Shown: positions 1 to 12,442 of the stretch, in pieces | How the letters are laid out: each line of letters starts with the position of its first letter | How positions within the stretch are numbered: the first letter of the stretch is position 1 | Source: Setoptus koraiensis | Lineage: Eukaryota > Animalia > Arthropoda | NCBI GenBank assembly: GCA_048013815.1 | Contig: CM106586.1 | Coordinates: 22,816,001 to 22,880,000, forward strand | Reading direction: 5' to 3' | DNA length: 64,000 nucleotides | Position numbers and translations under genes: made by a program | The notes under the pieces: generated by a model | Databases searched by the model: none | Told to the model about the DNA's origin: nothing | The model's input: the letters and a program-made list of their open reading frames with translations, nothing else

Positions 1-1
1 T

Positions 2-481
2 CCCCCACCGCCACCACCTCCACCAAGTACTACACCCGCTCCTCCACCGCCACCACCTCCTCCACCAAGCACGACACCGGCACCTCCACCGCCACCACCA
101 CCAAGTACAACTCCGGCTCCACCACCACCTCCTCCTCCACCAAGTACTACACCAGCGCCTCCACCACCTCCACCAAGTACTACACCGGCTCCCCCACCAC
201 CACCACCTCCGACTACAACACCGGCGCCGCCACCTCCTCCACCGCCGTCCACAACGCCGGCACCTCCACCACCTCCACCAAGTACGACACCAGCGCCTCC
301 ACCACCACCACCTCCGACTACAACACCGGCGCCGCCACCTCCTCCACCGCCGTCCACAACGCCGGCACCTCCACCTCCTCCACCACCAAGTACGACACCG
401 GCACCTCCACCACCTCCACCCGATACAACTCCTGCTCCACCACCACCACCCACTACGACACCAGCACCTGCTCCTCCACCA
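2..481 (+). repeat. Coding tandem repeat of about 33-42 nt units encoding TTPAPPPPP
   Basis: 13 units whose third codon positions vary (cca/ccg/cct/ccc; act/aca/acg). An ~105-nt two-unit block near 194-298 recurs at 299-403. Confidence 0.9.
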
Positions 482-1000
482 GATGGTGGAAAAGCTTCAA
501 AGGAGAGTTACGAGAAGACCATAGTCACAATGAGTTCCGTTACTGATTTACTGGCCGAGGCGCACAAGGAGATGCAGAAGAGCAAAGATGAAATGGATCT
601 AAGTAAAGTTGTGAAATTATTAGCACTTGCGGGCAAAGAATCCAAAACTATTGACGCGGAAGTAGCTAAGGAGACCGGATGTGCAGATGCGGTTAAATTT
701 ATGGTTGACTCACTAGACAAATTCGTCGCTATGGACGCGTCAGGTGAATTCGACAGTGAGGCCGCGCTCTCTGCAAACTTGCAAAAAGAATTTGATAGCA
801 TCACCAAGATAGTATCAGCTTATAGTTCAACTTTCGAAGAAGAAGTGATCAAATACCAATCGCATAAATTCCCGCCAGAAAAGTCTGGACCACCGCCAAC
901 TACCCCAGCTCCACCGCCTCCGCCGGCCAAGGCCGCTGCAGAAGGAGAGAATACGGTTGAAGTTGAGGAGAAGTACACCATCGAAGTAGAATACAGATGA
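2..1000 (+). CDS. 5'-truncated Pro/Thr-rich repeat protein with a helical C-terminal domain (extensin/mucin-like, unknown family)
   Basis: Frame 2 is open from base 2 into the 530..1000 ORF. It reads (S/T/D)TTPAPPPPP(PP) x13, then DGGKASKESYEKTIVTMSSV..., with TGA at 998-1000. The start lies upstream of the window. Confidence 0.8.
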   Translation, partial: PPPPPPPPSTTPAPPPPPPPPPSTTPAPPPPPPPSTTPAPPPPPPPPSTTPAPPPPPPSTTPAPPPPPPPTTTPAPPPPPPPSTTPAPPPPPPSTTPAPPPPPPPTTTPAPPPPPPPSTTPAPPPPPPPSTTPAPPPPPPDTTPAPPPPPTTTPAPAPPPDGGKASKESYEKTIVTMSSVTDLLAEAHKEMQKSKDEMDLSKVVKLLALAGKESKTIDAEVAKETGCADAVKFMVDSLDKFVAMDASGEFDSEAALSANLQKEFDSITKIVSAYSSTFEEEVIKYQSHKFPPEKSGPPPTTPAPPPPPAKAAAEGENTVEVEEKYTIEVEYR

Positions 1001-4000
1001 TACGCTTAGAACAACTCGTAAGTGTAGCCCAAAATAAGTCTTACTAGACAGATGATAAAATTCGAGATGATACTATGCTAGATGTGTTCTGTCCAACGGA
1101 GTGTCCCCCGTCATTTTTCTGTAAATCGCCACCAATGTTATCACATATCTTACCTGGTCGTATTCCATTTATCAAGTAGCCATAACGTCGCCGCATTAGA
1201 ATCAATAACAAAATGAATAAAATTTAGCATTTGAATTAAATTGACAAATCTTGTTCTGTGAGTGAATTGCGGCATGCGTAATATATTAACTAAAGCTGCT
1301 GATGAGTCCACCATTATCAGTCTGCGGTCGCTACTCGAGAACGGTCGTGTCAGCTCAACTGACAGCCAGTGGAAAGAGACGCTGTCATAGCCAGAATTGT
1401 CTGGACATGCACCTCTGCTGATGAACACAACTGACCGTATCATGACCACTAACCTGTCACATCCGACAGCATAGTCGGGCAAAACAACGTGTACAGACAC
1501 ATTTATATATAGACTATTTGTTTCTGTTTGTGTGCTCGAATTCAATAAATCCGCTTCCGATCGTCATGTTTGCAAGCTGCATGTCGAGCTGATACCAATT
1601 CGATAGTTATGCTCTTGTATTGTGAATGGATGCAATACTGTTGCGCATGGATGGCAGAAACAACAATAAACAATGACAGTGGCAACGTCATTTGTTGCAA
1701 AGAGACAGCCCAAAGAGTCTGTCAATGAGAGAGTCGAGTGTCGTCCAAAGTGACAGCGAAAGAGTTTTTCATGACGACATAATAATCATGTGAGCGGCTT
1801 TGTGAGTTGCTTAGCGAGCTTTACTTGAGTCCCTGTTGAGCACAAGTTGTGAGTTGTGACTCATTAGTTGCATCAGCTTGCAAAGTCTCTGTGATCAGTT
1901 CAGATATAGTTCGAGGAGGAATATAAACAACAGCTAACAAAGAGAGTGGTAGCAGACTCATGACGGAAGTGTCAGCGATAAAGCATGTAAAAGTTTAAAA
2001 TAAGTTTTGCAACGATGTTGTTGTTGTTGATGCTGCTGCTGGCTAAAGTGCACACACCTTTGTGATGATGTTCAGCTGTGAGCATTGTGGTCATCGTCGT
2101 TACGTTAGTTATTGCGCAACGACGACAAGACACACACTGACAGACACAGGCCACTGGAATATGAGTCACACAGGAGTATTAATTATAAAATAGAATCAAG
2201 TCGATGAGACTCGTTTGGCATGGCCCATTTGTTGTTGCATCATTGCGACATTATGATCAGATAATGCAAATGCGACAATAATTGTCGTGTCAGTAAGTGC
2301 CACTTGTTTCTGTTATGGGCACTTGATAACGGTGACACCAGAAGCCTGTTTTGGTGTATGGGCACCAATAAAGTGCTAACACTGCATTCAGTATGTCAGC
2401 ATAAATAGGTGAGCACGATGACAACAAGCAACAATGTTCAGTTGTCATTTGTTAAATTGTTATATTCACATATTATTCACAACACTTATTGCGCGTCGCT
2501 AACAAACAAGTTACTGCAACAATCCACTGACTTACTTGCACCACCGTACGGGAACATATCGGGAGCCTCAACTATCAGTCAATCATGTGATGGCCCTCGA
2601 ATTAGCCGAAATCGGGCCAACTGACACTGGACAAAAGTCGGGCAAGCAAACAAACAAGAAACTGGGCAAGTTTATGTCGGGCTCATGTCAGCCAACGGAG
2701 ACATATGGAGCTGAAGCATTGGGCTGTACAAGTATGACAGTAGTTGTTTTACAATACTTGTGTTGGTCGTAACGTTACATTGTTGTTGTTGTTGTGTCGT
2801 GTCGTGTGTAAACGGCAAACTCGCTTGCCAGTCACTGCAAACGGTAACCTGGGTAAGCTGATGCTTGAATATGTAGCAAAATAGAATTTGTTAATATAAT
2901 ATAATATTAATCTACTTATGAGAAGCACAATAGCCCCGGGGTGGACAGCCCAAAGACTGCTGGCAGCCAGGGCTAATCTCTTACAGATACTGGCCGTTGT
3001 ACATGCCATAGCCAGTATGTTGCACATATGTGTATAAAACTATAATACACTGTATGGTATAATATAATACAGATGCATGCATGGTAGATTCTGGCGAGCT
3101 AGCCAAGCCCGCCGAATGGTGGGCCGTAGGTTGAGGCGAACCAAGCCAGCGAGCGGATAAGCATGATTGTGTGTGTGTGCTCAATAACGAATATACTTGG
3201 CCATAAGGCGATTGATAAATATACTATATATACATACATATATATTTATATATTTCTGTGAGATGGGACTGTCGCCTCAAATCAACTCTTGTGTCGGGGC
3301 TGATCTCGGCGGATCAATTCGGAGCCACCCAGTGGAAACCTGACCCCACTGATAAGTTGCCAATCGGACAGGCTATTAGCATAAATCAGTTAGACTGGCA
3401 CGAGTTAGTGTGGCTATTAATAGATTGATTATGATATATATCGAGCATCGCAACAGGGCGGCAGCACTGGCAACGTGGGCCGCGGTTCATGCGACGCCGA
3501 CTACGCGATTGGCAAGCCAACTTATTATGCTGGCGGTTGTATGTTGTGCATAATGGCAGCGCTATGGCATTAGCGTAGACGAGCTATAGGTCAACTCTTT
3601 TTGCCGAGCTTGTTTGTTTGTGCAAGGGTGTACCGTACTGTTTGTGTGTGCCCTAGCTGACGACAGCGAAGGCAACCGAGTGTCCACTGCTCACGATGAT
3701 GATGATGATGATGATAATAGTAATAATAATAATAAGATGACCAAGCTCGAATTGCCGCCGGTTTACTGATCAATTGCCATGAGGCTTCGTGTTTCCATTT
3801 ATTCGTATCGTTAAAACTAGCCACAAACACACACACTGCCATATAGCACTTTGGCATGGCCGACGAGTATGTGCAAACAGTAGGTTGGTGTTTTGTGCCA
3901 GTTGCAACGGGGGGACAGCGAGCCGGAGCTGAGGTCGGGCCCGTGTGTCGGGCAAGCTGGGTTGCGTTAGTTGCGCTAGTTGTATTACGGTTGTATTACG

Positions 4001-6481
4001 GTTGTATGCTGTTGATCAAATGAAGCAGAAGCTCCTTGAAAACATTCAATCAGCCGCTGATAAAGTGCTGGCCGTTGCGAGCGGCCCCACAGCAACGACA
4101 AGCTGTGTGTCGTATAAATTGTATACCAATGTAGCGGCGGGCACGTTCTGCTGCTGCCGCCGCTAGGTGCAGTGAGGTGAGCTGAACGCGACGGCGGGCC
4201 CAAGGACGGGCCCCTGTTCCGACGAAATGCGCATTTGTTGTGTGTGTGTGTGTGTGTGTATTATATCATCATTCTTCACCTCATTGCATCGCAAAACACG
4301 AAGCTGGCAAGCTAGTGGGCCCAAAGGCCCGGCGAGAGTTTGCCCAGCGCTACGCAGCTCACTTTGTTGGTGGAGCGGCGCCGGGCAAGTTGCAGCCATC
4401 GCACACTGGGGGCCCACATACTTCACTGGCACACGCACACACACACGCGCACTGAATTGGCAGCACTGTAATGAACATAATAAACAACGCAGCCGTGGCA
4501 AGCTAGCCGTGGCGAGCTAGCTGCAAAATTTACAGGTTGTGCGCGCTACACTGTTATCAGTGGCACGCTCAATATGTGCCGCTGCGCGTGCCACAACAAC
4601 AAATGCGGCCAGCCTTGTGTCAGTTGAGCATCTGTTCTGCGCCTGGCTCGACACGGCACGCTGTGCACAAGCGCGCACACGGTCTCTATCTGTCTTGCCG
4701 GACACAGCGCCGCCGGAACTCGGATACCGCACTCGCAGACGGAAATACCCCGGGCGAAGGAAGAAAAATCGCAGGCCCGTTTCGTTTGCGCAAATGTGCG
4801 GCACTTATGCTAATTTGAGCCTCACATTGAGTCTTCGACAAATAATTAATTAGCCATATTTTGGCATTTTCAATGTGGAGCAGCCACTCACAACTTGTGC
4901 GCATCGAGCTTGACGGATGCTCGCTGCAGTTTCGTGTGCCGATTTGCAGCGTGTATCGTCCGACATGCGGGCTCAACTTGAGCTGCCGAGGAGCCGCCGA
5001 AGACATGACATGGGGTGACATCGCAATGAGCGCAGTAAGCTCAATGAGCGCGATAGACATCGCTGACTCGGTGTATCGGTCGCGAAAATCAATCGCGAGT
5101 CGATCGCATGTTGTGTGCCTAGTTGCACCAGACCAGCACTAGTGTCCTGGGTATTTGTTTAGGAAGGGGCCCGACTCGGCGCGCCCACATTCTCAAATAC
5201 CACGGGCGACCCGAGTGCAAAGTGACTGTGCCACATTACATCTGGACAGAGTCTGTCCAGACAGTCTGGCATGGAGACTCTGGAGCCCGGGGGACCCGCG
5301 CACCAGAGAGACAGGTTGACTGTCGTTGGCAAATACAACATGGAGGCACCGCCAATTATAAATGTTGCTAGTTAGTGAATTGTGAGCGATGTAATCCGTT
5401 TGCGGACTATTTATAAACTTGACACGCACAACTCTGCACACTGTCTAGGCATGCAAATTGCGGTCTCGACGAGCGCGGCGCAACACGGTTTGCGTGCGCA
5501 TGTTCCGTGGCGATGGCACCGTCGAGCAGCTTGCCACAGACAGTTGCTGGCGTACAGTTGTTGTTGGTATATATACAATTCATGCAAGATCATCATATAA
5601 AACACCTCAAAATTTATTCCCTGCCTCTTTCGTCGTACAACAGCAGCAGCAGCAGCAACAACAACAACAACAAAAGACAATATATTATTACTACTTGTCA
5701 AATGCTAGCTTGCCAGTTGTAGCAGCAGTTGTGGCAGTTGTAGTGGCAGTTGTAGTGGCAGCAGCCAGTTGTGGGCCAGTGGTGCACACAGTGAGGAAGT
5801 TGGAGTCAAGTCGACGACGACATTTGAGTCATCAGCGCGCAATTCTACTTATTGTATAATAGTAATAATAATAATCGCTCATACGCACATATACTATCTA
5901 CGTATGTAGAGGCAGCGGCGACGAGCACCCATTGCCAGCAACACTGCAGCCAGTCACGAACACACTCGCATATCATAATCAGCCCATAGAGCACCCACAT
6001 ATCGAGAGTTATATTTATCAGCGAGCTATCTTGGCTATATCCGCCATAAACCGTAGGCCAGCACTATAGCAACGTATAGCAGCAATAGCGCCGATAGTGT
6101 AGCCGTAGCATAGTGAAAGCATAGCAATAGTATAGCAATAGTATAGCGGCGCAAGATTGCAGAGTATTGCAGCGACTACTAACACGCACTCAATTAGAAT
6201 AATAACACGGCCATCAACAGCGTCGTCGATCTAGTTGAATTAGCTAGATCGCAGCGGGCCCGTCGTCAGACAAGCGCGCACACACACACAGACTCGAAGA
6301 GGCTTCGAGCTGGCGATGATGTAAGGTGATGATGATACAACAGTGACTGTTGTTATAAGGCAAACAAAGCAACGACAAGAGAGAATTCTTGTGCCAGCGC
6401 GACATCTCGCATCTGAGCCAGCAATCAGCGAGTCTGGATACTCGTCTAGCCTTGTGCTGTCCCCCTCGCCATCACACACAC

Positions 6482-6513
<32 letters not shown>

Positions 6514-6671
6514 TGACGCTCAAGTAGACCAGCAGTCATGACATAGAGGCAGCGAAATAATTATCATTCGAAAATTATCATCGTCAACATTCAGTTGTTT
6601 TATAGCGCCCACAGAAACGGCAGCAGCGCATTTGGCAGACATTTGGCGAATCAGCGGATTGGCGGCGAGCT

Positions 6672-6711
6672 GGCGAACTTGGCATTTGAATCGGGCGAAC
6701 TTGGCATTTGA
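6672..6711 (+). repeat. 18-bp direct repeat GGCGAACTTGGCATTTGA x2
   Basis: Exact copies at 6672-6689 and 6694-6711, upstream of orb2. Confidence 0.85.
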
Positions 6712-7812
6712 CGGATCGGCGGCAGCGGCGGCGGCGCTTGAATTCATTGGCCAATTTACAATTTGTTAGAGCCAGCAATCGATATCGAGCAGTGAACTGG
6801 CAGTCGTAATTGCGGCCGTATCATCGACGTGCATGACATGATACATGGCCAATTGACACACAGAGCGAGAGAGCAAACCCTTACAGCCAATCAACGCTAA
6901 ATATCATCGTTCATATTCAGCGGTGGAAACAATTAATGATTATCTACAATCTTTAATATTAATTAAAGACAATAATGTGACTCTCTCTCTGTCGCACATT
7001 TATACAACTGCTAGTCGAGAACGGCAAAGCCAGCAACGACAACGACAACAACAACAATAAAGGACGCACACACAACAACTCAATTATTATTGTTATATTG
7101 CGCTTCTCCCCTAAGCTTGCCCAAGCAGCTCAACAACACAGAGTTTAGAGAAAGAGAGACACACAGACGGACAGACACACAGCACACAACAAGCAAGTTA
7201 CTCGCTTGCTCGCTCGCTCGCTCGCTCACTTACCAGCGCTGGCAGCGTTAGCAGCAGCAGCAACGTTAGCAGCAGCAGCACCAGTGAGTTACTCATTGGC
7301 TACAACTCAAAAAACACACTCACTTTTACTACAACTGCTACTAGATATTCGATCAACAACAATATACTACAACCAGAGGCTATTTGCTCTCACAAGAGGA
7401 ATCATCTCATCGTCGTTGAATTTTCTATTATTATTATTATTATCATCTTAATATATTACACTTGTGTTACATAATAATTGTTGTTATATAATTGTACCAC
7501 CACTATTATTATCGCTATCGCTATTGATATAATTTTTGTCGCAGACATTGTTGGTATTTGTATTTATTAGCATTTTAGAGACCCATCCCGGCCGTCCTTA
7601 ACCCAGCAAAATTGGGCCTACAAGCAGGAAACGACACCTAGGAAACAAACACCACCAGACACACACCAGCAGAGGTCACCAGCGCGGACAAAACTCAATT
7701 GTCGTTGGCCTGGCCCCCTCTACAAACACCCACTATTATCACCCACTGAATACCCAGCAGTAGTCAGCCAGTATAGTCAGCCAGTACAGACAGCTAGTAC
7801 AGCCAGCTAAAA

Positions 7813-7856
7813 CAGCCAGCCGATACAGCCAGCCGATACAGCCAGCCGATACAGCC
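7813..7856 (+). repeat. 13-bp tandem repeat CAGCCAGCCGATA x3 in the probable orb2 5' UTR
   Basis: Three exact units plus a partial unit; degenerate CAGCCAG(T/C)A units lie just upstream. Confidence 0.85.
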
Positions 7857-7961
7857 GCCTAACATCACGTCACCATAATAGGCCAGTCGAGTCAGCCAAC
7901 TCATCATCGTCTCAAGCGATAGAGCTCTTATTCAAGCACGCCCGATTAGCTACTCAAAGTC

Positions 7962-9656
7962 ATGTCATGGCAATTCAATCTGGCTACATCGACCAAGGAC
8001 GCGCTGGTTGGGGCACCTTTACGTCAAACTATGGGCCCCACCATGGCCCAACAAGCATCGACCACTCCTACGAGTGCCGCCTCACATCAACAACAACAGC
8101 ACCACCAGCCTAATGCGGATTTTGTCCAACATTTTCAGCAGCATAATGAAATCATATCACCATTACCACACATGAATAATGCTACTACTACCAGCAGACA
8201 AAATGCTACACCCATAGGCTCAGGTCTTTATCAGGCTCACCACCAACAAGACCAACAACAACAACAACATAATCATGGCCACTTCTTGGCTAGTTCCATG
8301 GATAATGCAACAGCAGGCCAAGAGGCACCCTGGTCAACTTACTATACGCCTTTCAATGATTACGGAAACCATCATCATCAGCTTAATTATCAAAACAATA
8401 ATAGTAACAGCAGCAACACCACCACCACCACCACCACTACTACTACTACTAATAGCAACACTACCAGTAATAACAGCAACAACAGCAGCAGCGGCGGCAG
8501 CAGCAGCAGCAATATTAATAATAATAGTAGCAGCATCAATCACTTGTTAGATAATGTGTCCGCTATTGCAGCTACATCAGCTCCAACTAGCACCAATACC
8601 AGTAGACAACATTTCAGTCAGGCTCCAAATGTTGTTCATCAACAACAATTTCAACCAATGCGAGCCATGATGGACAGTGTTCGCTTACAACAACAACAAC
8701 AACCACACCATCAAACAAATCCCTGTGAAATCTTTGGCTTCTCTAACTCATCAGCGCCTCGGCAACCTCGCCATCGTGGTAAATCGCCATTCTTTAATTC
8801 TGGCCTTGAAAATGACAGCAGTAGTAATCCAACGTTGGACATCAATATGAACCATGAGTCGACTGAGAGATACTCTAGAAAAGTTTTTGTTGGCGGTCTA
8901 CCACCTGACATTGATGAAGAAGAGATAACAGCTAGCTTTAGACGATTTGGCCCGTTGGTCGTAGATTGGCCTCATAAGGCCGAAAGCAAGTCTTATTTTC
9001 CTCCAAAGGGTTACGCATTTCTACTATTTCAAGAGGAAGCATCTGTTCAAACATTGATAGATGCTTGTCTTCAAGAGGACGATAAATTATATTTGTGTGT
9101 GTCTAGTCCCACTATCAAAGATAAACCAGTTCAGATACGGCCATGGAGGCTGAGTGATGCTGATTTTGTTTTGGATGCTACGCTTGCATTGGATCCAAGA
9201 AAGACTGTGTTTGTTGGAGGTGTGCCAAGACCACTAAAGGCCTCTGAATTAGCTAACGTAATGAACAACTTGTACGGATGTGTATGCTACGCGGGCATTG
9301 ATACTGATCCCGAGTTGAAATATCCAAAGGGAGCTGGTAGGGTTGCATTTAGCAACCAACAAAGTTATATAGCCGCAATAAGCGCACGATTTGTACAACT
9401 TCATCACAGTGAGATTGAGAAGCGAGTTGAAGTTAAGCCATATGTCTTGGACGATCAAATTTGTGACGAATGCCAGGGAGCTAGATGCGGAAACAAATTT
9501 GCTCCATTCTTTTGCGCTAATGTAACTTGCTTACAATATTATTGTGAAAACTGTTGGACAACTATACATTCTCAGCAGGGTAGAGAATTTCACAAGCCAC
9601 TTGTCAAAGAAGGCGCCGACAGGCCACGAGGTATGCTGCCATTTAGATGGGGCTGA
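7962..9656 (+). CDS. orb2: Cytoplasmic polyadenylation element-binding protein, CPEB2-4/Orb2 subfamily (564 aa, intronless)
   Basis: RRM1 YSRKVFVGGLPPDIDE...PPKGYAFLLF, RRM2 KTVFVGGVPRPL...YPKGAGRVAF, ZZ-type finger CDECQGARC...CLQYYCENCW..IH. The N-terminal ~290 aa are Q/H/N/S/T-rich low complexity. Confidence 0.97.
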   Translation: MSWQFNLATSTKDALVGAPLRQTMGPTMAQQASTTPTSAASHQQQQHHQPNADFVQHFQQHNEIISPLPHMNNATTTSRQNATPIGSGLYQAHHQQDQQQQQHNHGHFLASSMDNATAGQEAPWSTYYTPFNDYGNHHHQLNYQNNNSNSSNTTTTTTTTTTTNSNTTSNNSNNSSSGGSSSSNINNNSSSINHLLDNVSAIAATSAPTSTNTSRQHFSQAPNVVHQQQFQPMRAMMDSVRLQQQQQPHHQTNPCEIFGFSNSSAPRQPRHRGKSPFFNSGLENDSSSNPTLDINMNHESTERYSRKVFVGGLPPDIDEEEITASFRRFGPLVVDWPHKAESKSYFPPKGYAFLLFQEEASVQTLIDACLQEDDKLYLCVSSPTIKDKPVQIRPWRLSDADFVLDATLALDPRKTVFVGGVPRPLKASELANVMNNLYGCVCYAGIDTDPELKYPKGAGRVAFSNQQSYIAAISARFVQLHHSEIEKRVEVKPYVLDDQICDECQGARCGNKFAPFFCANVTCLQYYCENCWTTIHSQQGREFHKPLVKEGADRPRGMLPFRWG

Positions 9657-11386
9657 TAATGCCTGTTTGTAAAAAACTTTTTCATCGCTACCTCTCAAAG
9701 GTATCACTTATTCAAAGGATATTAATCCAAAAAATTATGATCAATGCTCGTATCATCTACTATATATTTTTGTGAAGAAGAAACAACATGATTTATATCT
9801 CTAGTCATAATCAAACTGCACTATAGTGATGGATTTTATGTTGAATAGTTATTGACCCACTATGTCAAATGTCTAAACTCTTAACAGGTCTATCATGGAT
9901 AGCTTTCTGAGCCTCGCCTGATATGTTTCCACACATAAATTCAAGCATGAGCCACACACAGAAACATAAATTATGCCAACCATTTATGTAATAGTTAATC
10001 AATATGGTTTATAATCAAGAATTGGAAACGAATGATTATTATGGTGCAATTTCTAACTGACAGATCACATTATTTATTATATTAATATTAAACATAGTTA
10101 CCTTATTAACTATTCTATCTGATATTCGTCCTCAATATTTTTTGTTATGAAGGTCGAGGACGCAACATAAAAAATATGTTATGACATGTTACTATGTCAT
10201 AAACACTTAATCCAGGCCAGAAGATGCAATGAAACGGATGAATACGTTCAAAAGATTTAGGACATCAGCCACACACTATCCCCAACTTGTTACTTCAGTA
10301 AATAATTTTAACCTATCTTGTTGGTCTGTAAGGACACCAAAATTGCTCCTTATAATTAGGTGAAAAACTACTTCATGGAAAATTGATATTTCGCAACAGA
10401 TAACAAGCAATAGTTATTATTTGGCCATCTGTTAGAAAAGGACATTTGACCTACACCTACTATACCGATGAGGATAGACGAGTTTACCAATAAGCAGATA
10501 TTTCTACCATTTCTACATACACACTAGTTTGATACTTCCGTTGAACTATTTTTGATTTTTATTTTTTAGAATTAGCAGAACAAAACGATCGTTGGTTCTG
10601 TATATCGGTACCCCGTTTAGCTTAACAATAACAAATCTATCCTATCCATAAGATAAATCAAGAGTTACTATATTATTACACATGAACCTCCTCAATCGAC
10701 GATTGTTCCCCTTGTGATCCTATTAATATTTTAAGAAACTATAATAATAAGCTTAGATGTATAAATGGAATAATCTCAATTAATAAACAAAAATTTCTTG
10801 ATCTTACATATCTGATATCCTTGTTAGAACCACTCTAAACGATATCTCTCTCGGTGTGTCTGGTTGTATGGACATCAGGGTATTGTTCACGTCTCGTTCA
10901 CGACTCCACTGGATCATGAATGTGACAAAATTTGTAACTCTTTTCTATAAAAGAGCTTTTTTTGTATGTTCAAAGGATGCTATTTTTAGACTACAATTTT
11001 AAAATCCTACATGTAATAGCTATATCAACAGAAGAGAGTCCTATATTTTGGTGCAAATCAAAATGAAGACAAAAAATCTGATGGATGAGAATGAATTCTT
11101 TAAAAATATGAATTGATTCTGAATCCATCGCGTCAACTTTCTCTATGAACTTGATATATTAAGTTGCAGACAGAGACGAAGACTCGGAATATTTTTCATT
11201 GTAGCAATTCTGGAAAATTCATACAATTCTTCCAGCATATTAGTCAAATCTGATTTGACTTGTCTTCCAACGAAATCATAGTGGAGCCTCGTAGGGAAAA
11301 AAAGGCAGCACTTCCTTCAAAAATACAACCAAAATTACAACAACTACTCAAATCGGTTGCAAGACTGGTCACAGAGTTCAAATACA

Positions 11387-12148
11387 ATGAATATTTCCTC
11401 GTTAGATTGGACGAGTTGGTCTCGTCTATTGTTATCTGCTCTCGTGGTGCTTACTATGTTGAAAATGGTCAATTGTGGCCTAGATTTTGATCTAAATGAA
11501 CCAGCTCCAACTGAAGAAGTGGAGGAAGTGTCGGATGTGGCAAGAGCTGCAGAAACAGCAGAAGTTGTAGAAAATGCAGGAGTTAACAAACAAGAGAAAC
11601 CAGAGAAAGTTGAGGAGGATCCTGCCGAAAAGTACAAGTGGAAGGCAGCGAAAGTATTCGAACATCTAAAAATATGTTCCGATCCAAATTTCGACATAGA
11701 TAAAATAGTTATACCCAATGACTTTTCAGTGCAGCGGAGAGCCTACGAAATTTTGAGAAAAATGTATACTTTTGGGTTTTTAACGAAGGAGGACCAAGCG
11801 AAATTTAAAATCGTCAAGGCCAACTGCGTGCCTCTGATGGATTTAATAAAAAAGAAACGTTATATCAATGCAATGGAAAAGGGTATGACCAGTGGTGGTA
11901 ATTATGACCAACCAGATAAATTTGAGAAGCTTAAGCAATCACCTCTAGAGAAGCTAAGAAAACGATTGCCATCAAGAAAAGGTAGCCAAAAGAAGGCATC
12001 TGCCACCAATGACAAACCACAACAGCGATCCTGGTTGGGTTCTGGTAAAGGATCCAAGTTTGGCTCTGGCAAAGGATCGAAGTTGTTCGGTGTAAACTTA
12101 CAACAACCTTTAGGATGCCTGAGTCCTAGTCGCAATGCAGAGCAATAG
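11387..12148 (+). CDS. Orphan, probably secreted protein (253 aa from the first ATG)
   Basis: Long ORF with coding-like composition. Hydrophobic segment RLLLSALVVLTMLKMVNC-G, then an acidic region, a Lys-rich helical core and a GSGKGSK(F/L) x2 repeat. No recognisable domain. Confidence 0.7.
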   Translation: MNISSLDWTSWSRLLLSALVVLTMLKMVNCGLDFDLNEPAPTEEVEEVSDVARAAETAEVVENAGVNKQEKPEKVEEDPAEKYKWKAAKVFEHLKICSDPNFDIDKIVIPNDFSVQRRAYEILRKMYTFGFLTKEDQAKFKIVKANCVPLMDLIKKKRYINAMEKGMTSGGNYDQPDKFEKLKQSPLEKLRKRLPSRKGSQKKASATNDKPQQRSWLGSGKGSKFGSGKGSKLFGVNLQQPLGCLSPSRNAEQ

Positions 12149-12442
12149 GTGGTGAGAACAATTGATTATTCAAGATTGAGTAAAAGTTTTCCAGAATTGA
12201 TCTCTCACATTGCAGTGTTATAATAAAGATAATGATAATAGTAACAATAAAATGCATTTTGAATAGTTAACTCTATATCATTGTGGTATATTGAGTATCT
12301 TACTTATTTACAGTTTGATGAAGTTGGCAACAACAAAATGCCAACCCAAAAACGACGTTTAGACTCTTGGAAACTAGAGACTGCGAGCATTATATTTATA
12401 TATATATACACTATATATATACTGTATGTGAAATCAATTAAT

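Noticed and set aside
1299-1375. CTGATGAGTCC resembling a hammerhead ribozyme core, with a downstream GTGGAAA
   Set aside because: The required stem II closing C before GAAA is absent and no stems I/III with a cleavage triplet could be built.
2400-7450. Numerous 60-130 aa ORFs upstream of orb2
   Set aside because: They are translations of CA/CAG/CAA microsatellites (poly-CV, HT, Q, A) with no domain motifs.
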